From: Pseudomonadota bacterium
GTDB lineage: Bacteria > Desulfobacterota > Desulfobulbia > Desulfobulbales > Desulfurivibrionaceae
Length of the DNA: 58,733 bases
Assembly (NCBI GenBank): GCA_043804705.1
Contig: JAZDIS010000427.1
Coordinates: 1-58,733, forward strand
Direction: 5' to 3'
A program made the position numbers and the translations under genes. Positions 19,826 through 28,665 of the stretch are shown one piece after another (position 1 is the first letter of the stretch; each line of letters begins with the position of its first letter). The notes below the pieces were generated by a model, which saw only the letters and a program-made list of their open reading frames with translations, searched no databases and was not told the DNA's origin.

Positions 19826-20680
19826 ATGGCTAAATACCGAAAGATCCTCGTTGCCTACGACGGGTCTCCCTCGGCCCAGAACGCGCTCTCCCTGGCAAGC
19901 CAGCTTGCCAGGGAGGACAAAAGCTGGATCAAGGTTCTGGCTGTTGTCCCGCCCTACCAGGGAGATCTGGAGCTCATTGGGGTTTCGGATATCAAGGAAA
20001 CCATTACCGGACCGGGCCAGAAGCTGCTGGCCGAGGCCCAACAACTGGCGGACCGCGAAGGGATCCACGTCCTGACCAATCTGGAACAGGGCGAGCCCTA
20101 TGAGCAGATCGTTCATGTCGCCGAGGAGGAAAACTGCGATCTCATTGTCATGGGGCGCAGGGGCAAGGGCACGGTGGAGCGGGAGCTCATGGGCAGCGTC
20201 ACCGCCCGGGTCATCGGGCATACCGGCAAGGATGTCCTGGTTATCCCGAAAAACAGCAGCCTCTCCTGGGAGAATATTCTGCTGGCGACGGACGGCTCCA
20301 GCTGCTGCGACAACGCCCTGGCCAGAGCTCTGGAGATAGCCCAGGAACGAAAGGCCAAGCTCTCCGCCGTTTCCGTGGTTTATACCAACGACGAGTTTTA
20401 TGCCCTCGGCCAGGACGTCTTAAATGGACTGTACCAGGAAGCGGACAAGGTTCTGGACAAGGTCCGCAAATGGGCCGGGGATCTCGGGTTGCAGACGGAG
20501 CTGTTTGTCCGGGATGGCGAACCGCATCAGGCCATAACCGCCCTGGCCGCGGAAATCAACGCCAGCCTCATCGTCATGGGCTCCCATGGCCGGAAAGGCT
20601 TGAGCCGTCTGCTAATGGGCAGCGTTACCGAACGGGTTATCGGCTACGCGGACTGCCCGGTCCTGGTCTGCCACTTGTAA
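19826..20680 (+). CDS. Tandem universal stress protein (2x UspA)
   Basis: ILVAYDGS...IVMGRRG...MGSVT and ILLATDGS...IVMGSHGRKG...MGSVTERV. Confidence 0.92.
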   Translation: MAKYRKILVAYDGSPSAQNALSLASQLAREDKSWIKVLAVVPPYQGDLELIGVSDIKETITGPGQKLLAEAQQLADREGIHVLTNLEQGEPYEQIVHVAEEENCDLIVMGRRGKGTVERELMGSVTARVIGHTGKDVLVIPKNSSLSWENILLATDGSSCCDNALARALEIAQERKAKLSAVSVVYTNDEFYALGQDVLNGLYQEADKVLDKVRKWAGDLGLQTELFVRDGEPHQAITALAAEINASLIVMGSHGRKGLSRLLMGSVTERVIGYADCPVLVCHL

Positions 20681-20714
20681 ACGCAAGCGTCACTCCACAA
20701 ACAGACTGTTTCCT

Positions 20715-20744
20715 GCGGGCGCTCATCTGAGCGCCCGCTTTTTT
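20715..20744 (+). terminator. Rho-independent terminator closing the sigma54 operon
   Basis: GCGGGCGCTC-ATCT-GAGCGCCCGC followed by T6. Confidence 0.85.
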
Positions 20745-20814
20745 CGGCAGCCCGAGGCTTCACTTGCCGCTTTGCCCATGGCGTTCCCGCCCGCCTTCGG
20801 GTATCTTCACCCCC

Positions 20815-22323
20815 ATGCTCCTCATCCATCCCCCAGCCGCCAAAGCCTGCGAACCTCCAGCCGGGATTGCCCGCCTGGCCGGGACCCTCCGTGGTCATGG
20901 CCTGGACTGCACCCTTCTGGATGCCAACATGGAAGGCCAGATGTTCCTGCTTGCCGCCCCACCCCCCGGCAAGGACACCTGGAGCCTGCGCGCAGGCAGG
21001 AATCTCAAGGACAATCTGACAGCCCTGCGCAGTCCGGAACTGTACCAAAGCCCTTCCCGCTACCGGCGAGCGGTGGCGGATGTCAACCGGGTGCTGGAGC
21101 AGACCGGCAAGCGCCACCATCAGTTGGCCCTCAGCCTTGCCAATTATCAGGAACAGGGTCTCTCCCCCCTGAACAGCGCCGACCTCATCCGGGCTGCAGA
21201 AAACCCCGAAGAAAACATCTTTTTCCACTACTTCGCGGCCCGGCTTCCCGGCCTTATCGAAGAGACCCGGCCTGCCCTCACCGGCATCTCCCTGAACTAC
21301 CTGAGCCAGGCTCCCACCACCTTTGCCATGGCCGGCTTTCTCAAAAAACGCTATCCGGAACTGCCGATCGTGCTGGGAGGCGGCCTGGTCACCTCCTGGC
21401 TGCGCAACCCGGACTTTCGCAACCCCTTTGCCGGGTTGATCGACCATTGCCTTGCCGGGCCGGGAGAAGAAGCACTGGTCCGCCTCCTTTCCGGCAATTT
21501 CTCCCCGCGCCACCAGACCCCTTCCTATTGTGGCCTGCCGCTGAACGAGTATCTGGCCCCCGGCCTTATCCTGCCTTACGCCGCATCTTCGGGTTGCTAC
21601 TGGAACCGTTGCCTGTTCTGCCCGGAAAAAGCCGAAGGCAACCCATACCTCCAGATTCCCCCGGCAACGGTGCTGACAGACATCGCCAGTCTCAAAGCCG
21701 CCACACGCCCGGCCCTGCTTCACTTTCTCGACAATGCGGTGAGCCCGGCCCTGATGCAGGCCCTGGCCGCCGAACCGCCGGGCCTCGATTGGTACGGCTT
21801 TGCCCGGATCAGCCCCCTGCTGGCCGAGGTTGATTTCTGCCGGGCTCTACGCCGATCCGGCTGCCGCATGCTGAAGCTGGGCCTTGAGTCGGGCGACCAA
21901 TCCGTGCTGGATGCGATGCACAAGGGCCAGGATCTGGCCCTTATCGAACAGGTGCTGCACACCTTGGCCGAGGCCGGGATCGCCACCTACATCTATCTGC
22001 TGTTCGGCACCCCCTCGGAATCCCTGAGCGAAGCACGGCGAACCCTTGACTTCGTAGTCCGGCATCATTCGGCCATAACTTTCCTCAATCTTGCCGTGTT
22101 CAATATGCCCACCGGCAGCCCGGAAGCGCCCTTCGTGGCGCGCAGCGAATTTTACGGGGGCGATCTTTCCCTGTACACCGATTTCGAGCACCCCAGGGGC
22201 TGGTCGCGCAAGGAAATCAGAAGATTTCTCGACCAGGAGTTCAAACGTCACCCGGCCATTACCCGGATTCTCCATCGCGACCCGCCGCTTTTCACCTCCA
22301 ACCATGCCGCTTTTTTCTGCTGA
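20815..22323 (+). CDS. B12-binding-type radical SAM protein
   Basis: LLIHPP start, IVLGGG and GPGE Rossmann-like region, GCYWNRCLFC, LGLESG. Confidence 0.85.
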   Translation: MLLIHPPAAKACEPPAGIARLAGTLRGHGLDCTLLDANMEGQMFLLAAPPPGKDTWSLRAGRNLKDNLTALRSPELYQSPSRYRRAVADVNRVLEQTGKRHHQLALSLANYQEQGLSPLNSADLIRAAENPEENIFFHYFAARLPGLIEETRPALTGISLNYLSQAPTTFAMAGFLKKRYPELPIVLGGGLVTSWLRNPDFRNPFAGLIDHCLAGPGEEALVRLLSGNFSPRHQTPSYCGLPLNEYLAPGLILPYAASSGCYWNRCLFCPEKAEGNPYLQIPPATVLTDIASLKAATRPALLHFLDNAVSPALMQALAAEPPGLDWYGFARISPLLAEVDFCRALRRSGCRMLKLGLESGDQSVLDAMHKGQDLALIEQVLHTLAEAGIATYIYLLFGTPSESLSEARRTLDFVVRHHSAITFLNLAVFNMPTGSPEAPFVARSEFYGGDLSLYTDFEHPRGWSRKEIRRFLDQEFKRHPAITRILHRDPPLFTSNHAAFFC

Positions 22324-22482
22324 TTGCTGAACAACCCCGTCCACCAGTCCTCTGCCCCCTTCTTTTTTTGTTTTGACAAAAGCTTCGGCAATTACCGATA
22401 ATACCCAAAAGACACCGGCCTTGCCAGCCCGGCAAAACACCAGGGCCGGTCCCGTTGACAAACATCTGAGAGGGGGGGGGTT

Positions 22483-22905
22483 ATGTATAAAAAAATCATG
22501 GTCGGCTATGATGGCACAAAATTCAGCGATTGTGCCTTGAAGGAGGCGATTACCCTGGCAAAGGATTCGGGCGCGAAACTCCTGCTGGTGAGCGCCCCGG
22601 AAATCGATGTCGAACTCCAGGCCATGTCGCCGGAGGCAAATGCGCTGATGGAAAAAAAGGCCCGCACCGATCTGGATCTGGCTGCGGCGAAGGTAAAGAA
22701 GGCCGGGCTCACCTGCGAGACAAAAATCGTCATCACAACCTCCGCCCAGGAAGCCTTGGTGGAAACCGCCAAAAAAAGCAAGGCCAACCTGATCGTGCTC
22801 GGCACCCATGGCCGCACCGGACTCATGCGGCTGCTCATGGGCAGCACCACGGCGCGGGTGATCGGGCATGCCCACTGCAGTGTGCTGGTGGTGCGCTGTC
22901 CGTAA
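22483..22905 (+). CDS. Universal stress protein (single UspA)
   Basis: YKKIMVGYDG...LIVLGTHGRTG...LMGSTT.RVIGHA.CSVLVV. Confidence 0.92.
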   Translation: MYKKIMVGYDGTKFSDCALKEAITLAKDSGAKLLLVSAPEIDVELQAMSPEANALMEKKARTDLDLAAAKVKKAGLTCETKIVITTSAQEALVETAKKSKANLIVLGTHGRTGLMRLLMGSTTARVIGHAHCSVLVVRCP

Positions 22906-22924
22906 TCCACGCTCCCGTTTGCCG

Positions 22925-23701
22925 TTATCCCCCGGCAGTGGGGGATGACGGCATCCTTCCGCAGACCGGACAGCCCTGCATGGCAAAAGGCTTTTCCAAC
23001 CGGCAGGCGGCAAGCAGCGATTCGTCTCGGAAGATATCCAAGGTCGGCCCATCGGCCCTTACCTCCCCCTCGTGCAGGACGATGGTCCGCTCGCACAGTT
23101 CCAGCACCATATCCAGATCGTGACTGGTAAAAATCCTGGTGTGCCGGAAGTCGTGTAAAAGCGCCATGAGCTGACGCCTGGCAAAGGGATCAAGGCCGCT
23201 GGTCGGCTCATCCATGACCAGGATATCCGGCGACATGGCCAGCACCGTGGCGATGGCCACCCGCTTCTTTTCCCCGCCGGAAAGCCGGTAGGGCGGTTTG
23301 TCGCGCAGATGTCCGGCCCCGACCCGGGCCAGGGCCTCCCGCACCCGCTCTTCCACCTCATCCCCGGCCAGGCCCAGATTCAAGGGGCCAAAGGCCACAT
23401 CGTCGAAAACCGTGGGCATGAACAGCTGGTCATCCGGATCCTGAAAAACCATGCCCACCGTGCGCCGGATCTCGGGCAGGGTGGCGGGGTTCAGGGGAAA
23501 ATCACCGATGCGAATCGCGCCCTGGCTGGTTGCCAGATAGCCGTTCAGATGCAGGAGCAAGGTGGATTTCCCCGCGCCGTTGGCGCCGATGATCGCCACC
23601 GATTCGCCGTGGGTGATCCGGAAAGAGACACCCCGCAGGGCCTCGGTTCCATCGGGATAGACATGGCGCAGATCCTTGACCTCGACTATATGATGGCTCA
23701 T
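22925..23701 (-). CDS. cbiO: ECF Ni/Co transporter ATPase (NikO/CbiO)
   Basis: GANGAGKST, FQDPDDQLF, LSGGEKKR, MDEPT. Confidence 0.92.
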   Translation of the reverse strand: MSHHIVEVKDLRHVYPDGTEALRGVSFRITHGESVAIIGANGAGKSTLLLHLNGYLATSQGAIRIGDFPLNPATLPEIRRTVGMVFQDPDDQLFMPTVFDDVAFGPLNLGLAGDEVEERVREALARVGAGHLRDKPPYRLSGGEKKRVAIATVLAMSPDILVMDEPTSGLDPFARRQLMALLHDFRHTRIFTSHDLDMVLELCERTIVLHEGEVRADGPTLDIFRDESLLAACRLEKPFAMQGCPVCGRMPSSPTAGG

Positions 23702-24510
23702 CCAGCCCCCCCCGCAACGATCGTTCCCAGAAGCAGGGAAACATTGACCATACGGAAAAAAAGAAACAACCCCGACCAGCCCGCAAGAAAAAGAAAGTCC
23801 CTGACCCCGAACCGGGTTGTCCGGCGCGGGTGGAATTCTCCACTGAACCCCCTGGCCAGCATGGCAAGATGGATCCGCTCCGCCCGCAGCCAGGTGCGCA
23901 AGAGAAGATGGCTTATCAATGAGCCGTAAGAGCTTAAGCCCAACCCTTTTTTGCCAAAAGCACGGAGCTCTCGGGCCCGTGCCGTCCGGCCGCCTTCTTC
24001 AGTGAGGACAAAAAGATAGCGGTACAGAAAAAGAAGCTGCACGGTAAAGATCCTGGGCATGCCCAACTGGTCAAGGGCCTGGCAGATGGCGGGAAAGCCG
24101 GTTGTGGCGACAAGGATGAGGGCACCACCCACCGTGAGTATCGCCCGGACCAGAATGGAGGCGCAGGAAAGCCAGCCGCCGCTGATGCCGATAGGGCCGA
24201 GGCAAACCAGCACCGTCTGATCAAAAAAGGGGTTGAACATCCCCACCATCAGGGCAAAGGGCAGGACCACCACGACCTTCCTGGCGATATGGCGAACCGG
24301 CAGATTAGCGAGCGCCATGACCACCGCCGGGTAGAGGAAAAAAGGGAACAGGGCGGCCAGTTCGTATTTGCCCAGGGAAACCACGGCCAGGATAAAGACC
24401 AGGGTCACCAGCACCTTGGCCCGGGCATCGAGCCGATGCACCCCCGTCTCCCCGGTGGCCATCAGGTCAAGCTGCCTGAAATCCGCTACTGCTCCGACAA
24501 TGGACGCCAT
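23698..24510 (-). CDS. cbiQ: ECF Ni/Co transporter T component (NikQ/CbiQ)
   Basis: HRLDARAK, YRY.FVL.EE, AMLARGF. Confidence 0.9.
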   Translation of the reverse strand: MASIVGAVADFRQLDLMATGETGVHRLDARAKVLVTLVFILAVVSLGKYELAALFPFFLYPAVVMALANLPVRHIARKVVVVLPFALMVGMFNPFFDQTVLVCLGPIGISGGWLSCASILVRAILTVGGALILVATTGFPAICQALDQLGMPRIFTVQLLFLYRYLFVLTEEGGRTARARELRAFGKKGLGLSSYGSLISHLLLRTWLRAERIHLAMLARGFSGEFHPRRTTRFGVRDFLFLAGWSGLFLFFRMVNVSLLLGTIVAGGAG

Positions 24511-24530
24511 CCGCCTCTCCCAGCTTTCCC

Positions 24531-24567
24531 AAAAAAAGAGGGGGAAGAGGCGTTCAGCCTCCTCCCC
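24531..24567 (-). terminator. Intra-operon hairpin plus U-tract between nikMN and nikQ
   Basis: Minus strand GGGGAGGAGGC-TGAAC-GCCTCTTCCCC-CTCTTTTTTT. Confidence 0.6.
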
Positions 24568-24600
24568 GTGTTCACGCGACTCGCATCTCTCCGTGCTGCT

Positions 24601-25623
24601 TCAGGCGACCCGGCCTTGTTTCCGCAAAAAAATCCCACTTAAGAAGGCAATGGCCAGGGTCAGCAGTCCGCCGACAATCCCGGCCACGCTGGTGCCCAGA
24701 GAACTTTCCTGCCCCGCCAAGTTTTCCGGTTGTTGCACCGGTTTTTTGAACGTATAATCCGGGAGGAAAGCGACTGATTCCTGAAGCGCGGCGAGTCGGG
24801 CGTGCAGCCCATCCTGCGGCTCGGCGAATTCTTCGGCGCCGGTGATCTTGGCAATGGCCCATTCCAGACCATCAGGTTTTTCCGAAGCAAACCAGGAAAC
24901 AAACCCGCCGGTCAGCAGAGCCACCGCGAGAAAGGCTGCCAGAATGTTGCGCAACGGGGTTGCGCCAAGGGGGCGAGTCTCTTGGACGTTCTGGATGATT
25001 TCCGGGCGGGCCTGGTACACAAAGGAAACCACGGCACCGGTCACCATCCCCTCCACCATCCCGATGGCCAGATGAATCGGCTGCATGAGGCTGACAAAGG
25101 TGGCAAAGGGCAAAGAGGAGACCCCCGAGGCCACCGTCTCAAGCACCACGGCAAAGGCTCCCATCTGGAGACCGATGATAGCGGCAACCATGGCAGCCAT
25201 GCTTATCCGGGGCTTGCGCGGGGCACTGCCGGCCAAGGGCTTGTAAATGAAGGGATAGGCGACAAAGGCCGGCAGAAAACCGAGGTTGAAGATATTGCAG
25301 CCCAGAGCCAACAACCCCCCATCGGCAAAAAACAGCGCCTGCACCACAAGCACCGAAGCGATGGTGACGAAGGCAGCCGCAGGCCCGAGCAGAACCGCCA
25401 GGAGAAGACCGCCGCCAAGATGGCCGCTGGAGCCGGTTGCCGGGATGGTGAAGTTGATCATCTGCGCGGCAAAAAGAAAGGCGCCCAAGACCCCCATGAG
25501 CGGCGCCTTGCCCCCGTCCATTTCCTGGCGCAGCTTTCTGGAACAGTATATGATGGCCCCTGCGGAAACACCCCACATGGTCCCGCCGGCCGCAGGGGAC
25601 AATAACGCGTCTGCCATATGCAT
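24601..25623 (-). CDS. nikMN: ECF nickel transporter S component fused to PDGLE domain (NikMN/CbiM family)
   Basis: N-terminal MHMAD metal-binding motif, FAAQMINF, SSGHLGGG, FADGG, ASEKPDGLEW; divergent from nikR. Confidence 0.88.
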   Translation of the reverse strand: MHMADALLSPAAGGTMWGVSAGAIIYCSRKLRQEMDGGKAPLMGVLGAFLFAAQMINFTIPATGSSGHLGGGLLLAVLLGPAAAFVTIASVLVVQALFFADGGLLALGCNIFNLGFLPAFVAYPFIYKPLAGSAPRKPRISMAAMVAAIIGLQMGAFAVVLETVASGVSSLPFATFVSLMQPIHLAIGMVEGMVTGAVVSFVYQARPEIIQNVQETRPLGATPLRNILAAFLAVALLTGGFVSWFASEKPDGLEWAIAKITGAEEFAEPQDGLHARLAALQESVAFLPDYTFKKPVQQPENLAGQESSLGTSVAGIVGGLLTLAIAFLSGIFLRKQGRVA

Positions 25624-25661
25624 GGTGTTTTCTCCTTGCCCGGTAGTATGCCCAGCCGTAA

Positions 25662-25688
25662 GTAGCACGGCATTTTTTTTAGTAACAC
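25662..25688. promoter_or_regulatory. NikR operator (direct-repeat type)
   Basis: Minus strand GTGTTAC-N13-GTGCTAC, just downstream of a minus-strand TTGACA-N17-TATTGA promoter (25693-25721). Confidence 0.7.
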
Positions 25689-25773
25689 GGATTCAATACA
25701 ATATCCCGGAATAGGTGTCAACTAATTTTGCCTGGCCAATTTTCAGCCGTTACCTTTTACAAGGAGAAGCCAT

Positions 25774-26196
25774 ATGGGAAAAACCATCCGTTTCGGGATC
25801 TCGCTCGATGAAAAACTTCTGGAAAGCTATGACCGGCACATCGAAGCCAAGGGCTACATGAACCGCTCCGAGGCGATCCGCGATCTGATCCGTTCAGCCT
25901 TGGTGGAGGAGAAATGGGGTGCTGCCGGGGACGCGGAAATGGTCGGTACCGTCACCCTGGTTTACAATCACCATGTCCGGGATCTTTCCGACAAGCTGAC
26001 CGAACACCAGCACGCGCACCATGACCGGGTTATTTCAGCGCTCCATGTGCATCTCGATGCGCATAACTGCCTGGAGGTCCTGGTGGTGCGGGGGCCAGCG
26101 GGAGAGGTGAAACGAATCGCCAGCGAACTCATCGGGGTGAAGGGGGTCAAACACGGCCAGCTGGTCATGACCACCACGGGCCAGGAACTTCACTGA
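25774..26196 (+). CDS. nikR: Nickel-responsive regulator
   Basis: RFGISLD...[14 protein letters not shown] domain; [17 protein letters not shown]. Confidence 0.96.
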   Translation: MGKTIRFGISLDEKLLESYDRHIEAKGYMNRSEAIRDLIRSALVEEKWGAAGDAEMVGTVTLVYNHHVRDLSDKLTEHQHAHHDRVISALHVHLDAHNCLEVLVVRGPAGEVKRIASELIGVKGVKHGQLVMTTTGQELH

Positions 26197-26241
26197 GATT
26201 CAGGCACCATCACGGCCAGGCTGGGCGAAAGCGGGGCTTGC

Positions 26242-26269
26242 TTGACAGGCCGCGTCCTTTCATTATATT
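26242..26269 (+). promoter_or_regulatory. Putative sigma70 promoter
   Basis: TTGACA-N16-TATATT upstream of the REC-kinase gene. Confidence 0.55.
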
Positions 26270-26319
26270 CTGATACATAGAATCAGCGTCCGTTCAAACT
26301 CCCCAGACAGAGAACCTTC

Positions 26320-27435
26320 ATGCCCCAAACCGTGCTCTTCGTTGATGACAATCCGGTGATCCTCAAAACCATCGAACTGGTCTTTGCCAAGGAAGAGTAC
26401 GCCGTCCTCATGGCCAATAGCGGCGAAGAGGCTCTGCGACTGGTGGAAGAAGATAGCCCCCAGGTCATTGTCAGCGACCTGCGCATGCCCGGCATGAACG
26501 GTCTGGATTTTCTCCACCGGGCTCGCCGGACAAACCCCTTTTTTGTCGGCATGATCTTCACCGCTTATCTGGACATCGACAGCATAATGAAGGCGGTGAG
26601 CGAAGAAGCGGTCTGGCGCTACATCACCAAACCATGGCAGGACAGCAGGGAACTGGTCCTGACCGTGCGCAACGCCTTCCAGTACCAGGAGGCCATGGCC
26701 TCCCGCCGCCAGGCCGAGGAACAGCTCCAGCGGGGAGAACGCCTCACGGCCTTGGGCCATCTGGTGGCCGGAATCTCCCACCAGTTCAACAATATCGATG
26801 TGGGCATCCTGGGCTATGTGCAGATGGCCCTGCTCCACAAGGAGCTCCCGGCCGAGGTGCGCGAACATCTGGAACAGGTCAAGATCTTCGCCAGACGCGG
26901 CACGGAAATTATCAGGGAGCTGACCACCTTCAGCGATCAGAGCGCCCAATGGGGTTTTACCCACGGCAACCTGACGGATACGGTGACCGAGGCCCTTTCC
27001 TTCTGCCGCAAGGAGATGAACGCTGCGGGAATTCAGATCGAAACCGAGCTTGCCGAGGACTGCGAGGCGGTGTTCAATTTCGGCTTGGTTAAACAGCTGG
27101 TCATGAACCTGATCCACAACGCCGCCCATGCCACCCTGGGAAAAGAACCGCGCACCGTGCGCATCGAAACCGGGAAGCAGGACAAAAATGTTTTTGTCCG
27201 GGTAACGGATAACGGTTGCGGCATTCTCAAGGAATATCTGCCTAAGATCTTTGACCCGTTTTTCACCACCAAGGGCTCCCAGTCCGCACCAGGCTCGGCG
27301 CAGGCCGCCGTTTCCGGTGTCGGCCTGGGCTTGAGTCTCAGCCAGACCGTGGCCCAGGCCCATCGCGGCGCGATCACCGTACGTTCAACCCCGGACGAAG
27401 GCTCGTGCTTCACCTTCACCCTGCCCATGGCCTAA
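26320..27435 (+). CDS. Cytoplasmic REC-HisKA-HATPase hybrid kinase
   Basis: FVDD/SDLRMP/KPW receiver; ISHQFNN H-box; NLIHNA, DNGCGI, FFTTK, GVGLGL. Confidence 0.9.
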   Translation: MPQTVLFVDDNPVILKTIELVFAKEEYAVLMANSGEEALRLVEEDSPQVIVSDLRMPGMNGLDFLHRARRTNPFFVGMIFTAYLDIDSIMKAVSEEAVWRYITKPWQDSRELVLTVRNAFQYQEAMASRRQAEEQLQRGERLTALGHLVAGISHQFNNIDVGILGYVQMALLHKELPAEVREHLEQVKIFARRGTEIIRELTTFSDQSAQWGFTHGNLTDTVTEALSFCRKEMNAAGIQIETELAEDCEAVFNFGLVKQLVMNLIHNAAHATLGKEPRTVRIETGKQDKNVFVRVTDNGCGILKEYLPKIFDPFFTTKGSQSAPGSAQAAVSGVGLGLSLSQTVAQAHRGAITVRSTPDEGSCFTFTLPMA

Positions 27436-27759
27436 CGGGAAGTGATCACAGAGCCAGATCAATCTCCTGCACCGTCCCCGCTCCGCCGTTTTCCCACAAA
27501 AAATAGAGCTTTCCCGCAACCGCCCCAGCAAGCCGCTCCCGCTGTCCTTCAAGGCAAAGGCAGTTTTCGCCGGATTAAGCAGAATGGCGCCGACCTTCTT
27601 TTCACTAAGGCTGGCCAGCGAATCATTTCCGGCCGGCGGCGCTTGCTTGCCGCCCCCCTCCGGAACGCCACCCACACCGGCAGCGCAAGGGGAGCAGCCG
27701 CTTTTTTCCGTTAGAGATTTTCCTTTGCCTGTTTGCCTCATTTCACGTAATCTATCTGC

Positions 27760-28635
27760 ATGAACATCCGCGATTTCCTGAAAAAAATTAACGGGCTGCC
27801 CACCATTTCCGCAGTGGCCAACGAGATCAATGTCCGGGACAGGAATGATTCGCTCACCGCCAAATCACTTGGGGAAATTATTACCCGTGATCCCGCCCTC
27901 ACCGCCACCGTCCTGAAACTCGCCAACTCCGCCTACTACGGAATGGCCCGGGAGATAACCAGCACCGAGCGGGCGGTTACGATCCTGGGCTTTGACACCA
28001 TCAAAAATCTGGCCCTGGCCATCTCCGTCTTCCAGGTTTTCAAAAACCAGGAAGGACAACTTCTGGACCTGAAAGGCCTCTGGTACCATTCCCTCGGAGT
28101 TGGCCTCGCGGCAAAGCACCTCGCCCGGCACAGTCCGGCGCTGGCCTGCGATAAAACCCTGCCGGAGCAAGCCTTTATCTGCGGTATCCTGCACGACATC
28201 GGCAAGATCGCCTTTGCCCAGAAGCTGCCTGCCGAAATGGCCGAAATTCTCGAGCAAACCCGAAGCGGGACAATCTTCCAGCACGAAATTGAAAAAAACA
28301 TCCTCGGCTTCAATCACCAAAAGGCCGGACAAGCCATGGCAGACGCGTGGAATTTCCCGGCAGACTACCAGACCGTCATCAGGCTGCACCACGCTCCCTC
28401 TGCCGCCACCATCGGTGATAATCCAAAAATAGCCGCCCTGGTCATGGCGGTTTACCTGGGCAACAAAATAGCCAAGGCCCTGCATCTGGGAGAAAGCACG
28501 GACCCGCACATGGCAAAGGCGACACCGGATGATCTGAGAAACTTAGGAATCAACAAACAAGAACTGCCCGAGATTGTCCAACAGATCAAAAATGAGTATG
28601 CCCAAAGCCTTGAAGCATGGTCATATGAGCTGTAA
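27760..28635 (+). CDS. HDOD domain protein
   Basis: LPT.S.V, DPALTATVLKLANSAYYG, LWYHS, GILHDIGK, G.NH...G..MA..WNFP, HH. Confidence 0.92.
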   Translation: MNIRDFLKKINGLPTISAVANEINVRDRNDSLTAKSLGEIITRDPALTATVLKLANSAYYGMAREITSTERAVTILGFDTIKNLALAISVFQVFKNQEGQLLDLKGLWYHSLGVGLAAKHLARHSPALACDKTLPEQAFICGILHDIGKIAFAQKLPAEMAEILEQTRSGTIFQHEIEKNILGFNHQKAGQAMADAWNFPADYQTVIRLHHAPSAATIGDNPKIAALVMAVYLGNKIAKALHLGESTDPHMAKATPDDLRNLGINKQELPEIVQQIKNEYAQSLEAWSYEL

Positions 28636-28665
28636 TTTTTAGCCGCCAGCCTTCCAGCCTGCCCA

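Noticed and set aside
25624-25773. Possible cobalamin riboswitch upstream of the cbiM-like gene
   Set aside because: The region is short, holds a promoter and a NikR-type operator, and has no B12-box.
27436-27759. GC-rich intergenic region checked for a c-di-GMP (GEMM) riboswitch or small gene
   Set aside because: No GGCAAA...GAAA...GACGCAAA architecture, and the ORFs there look spurious.
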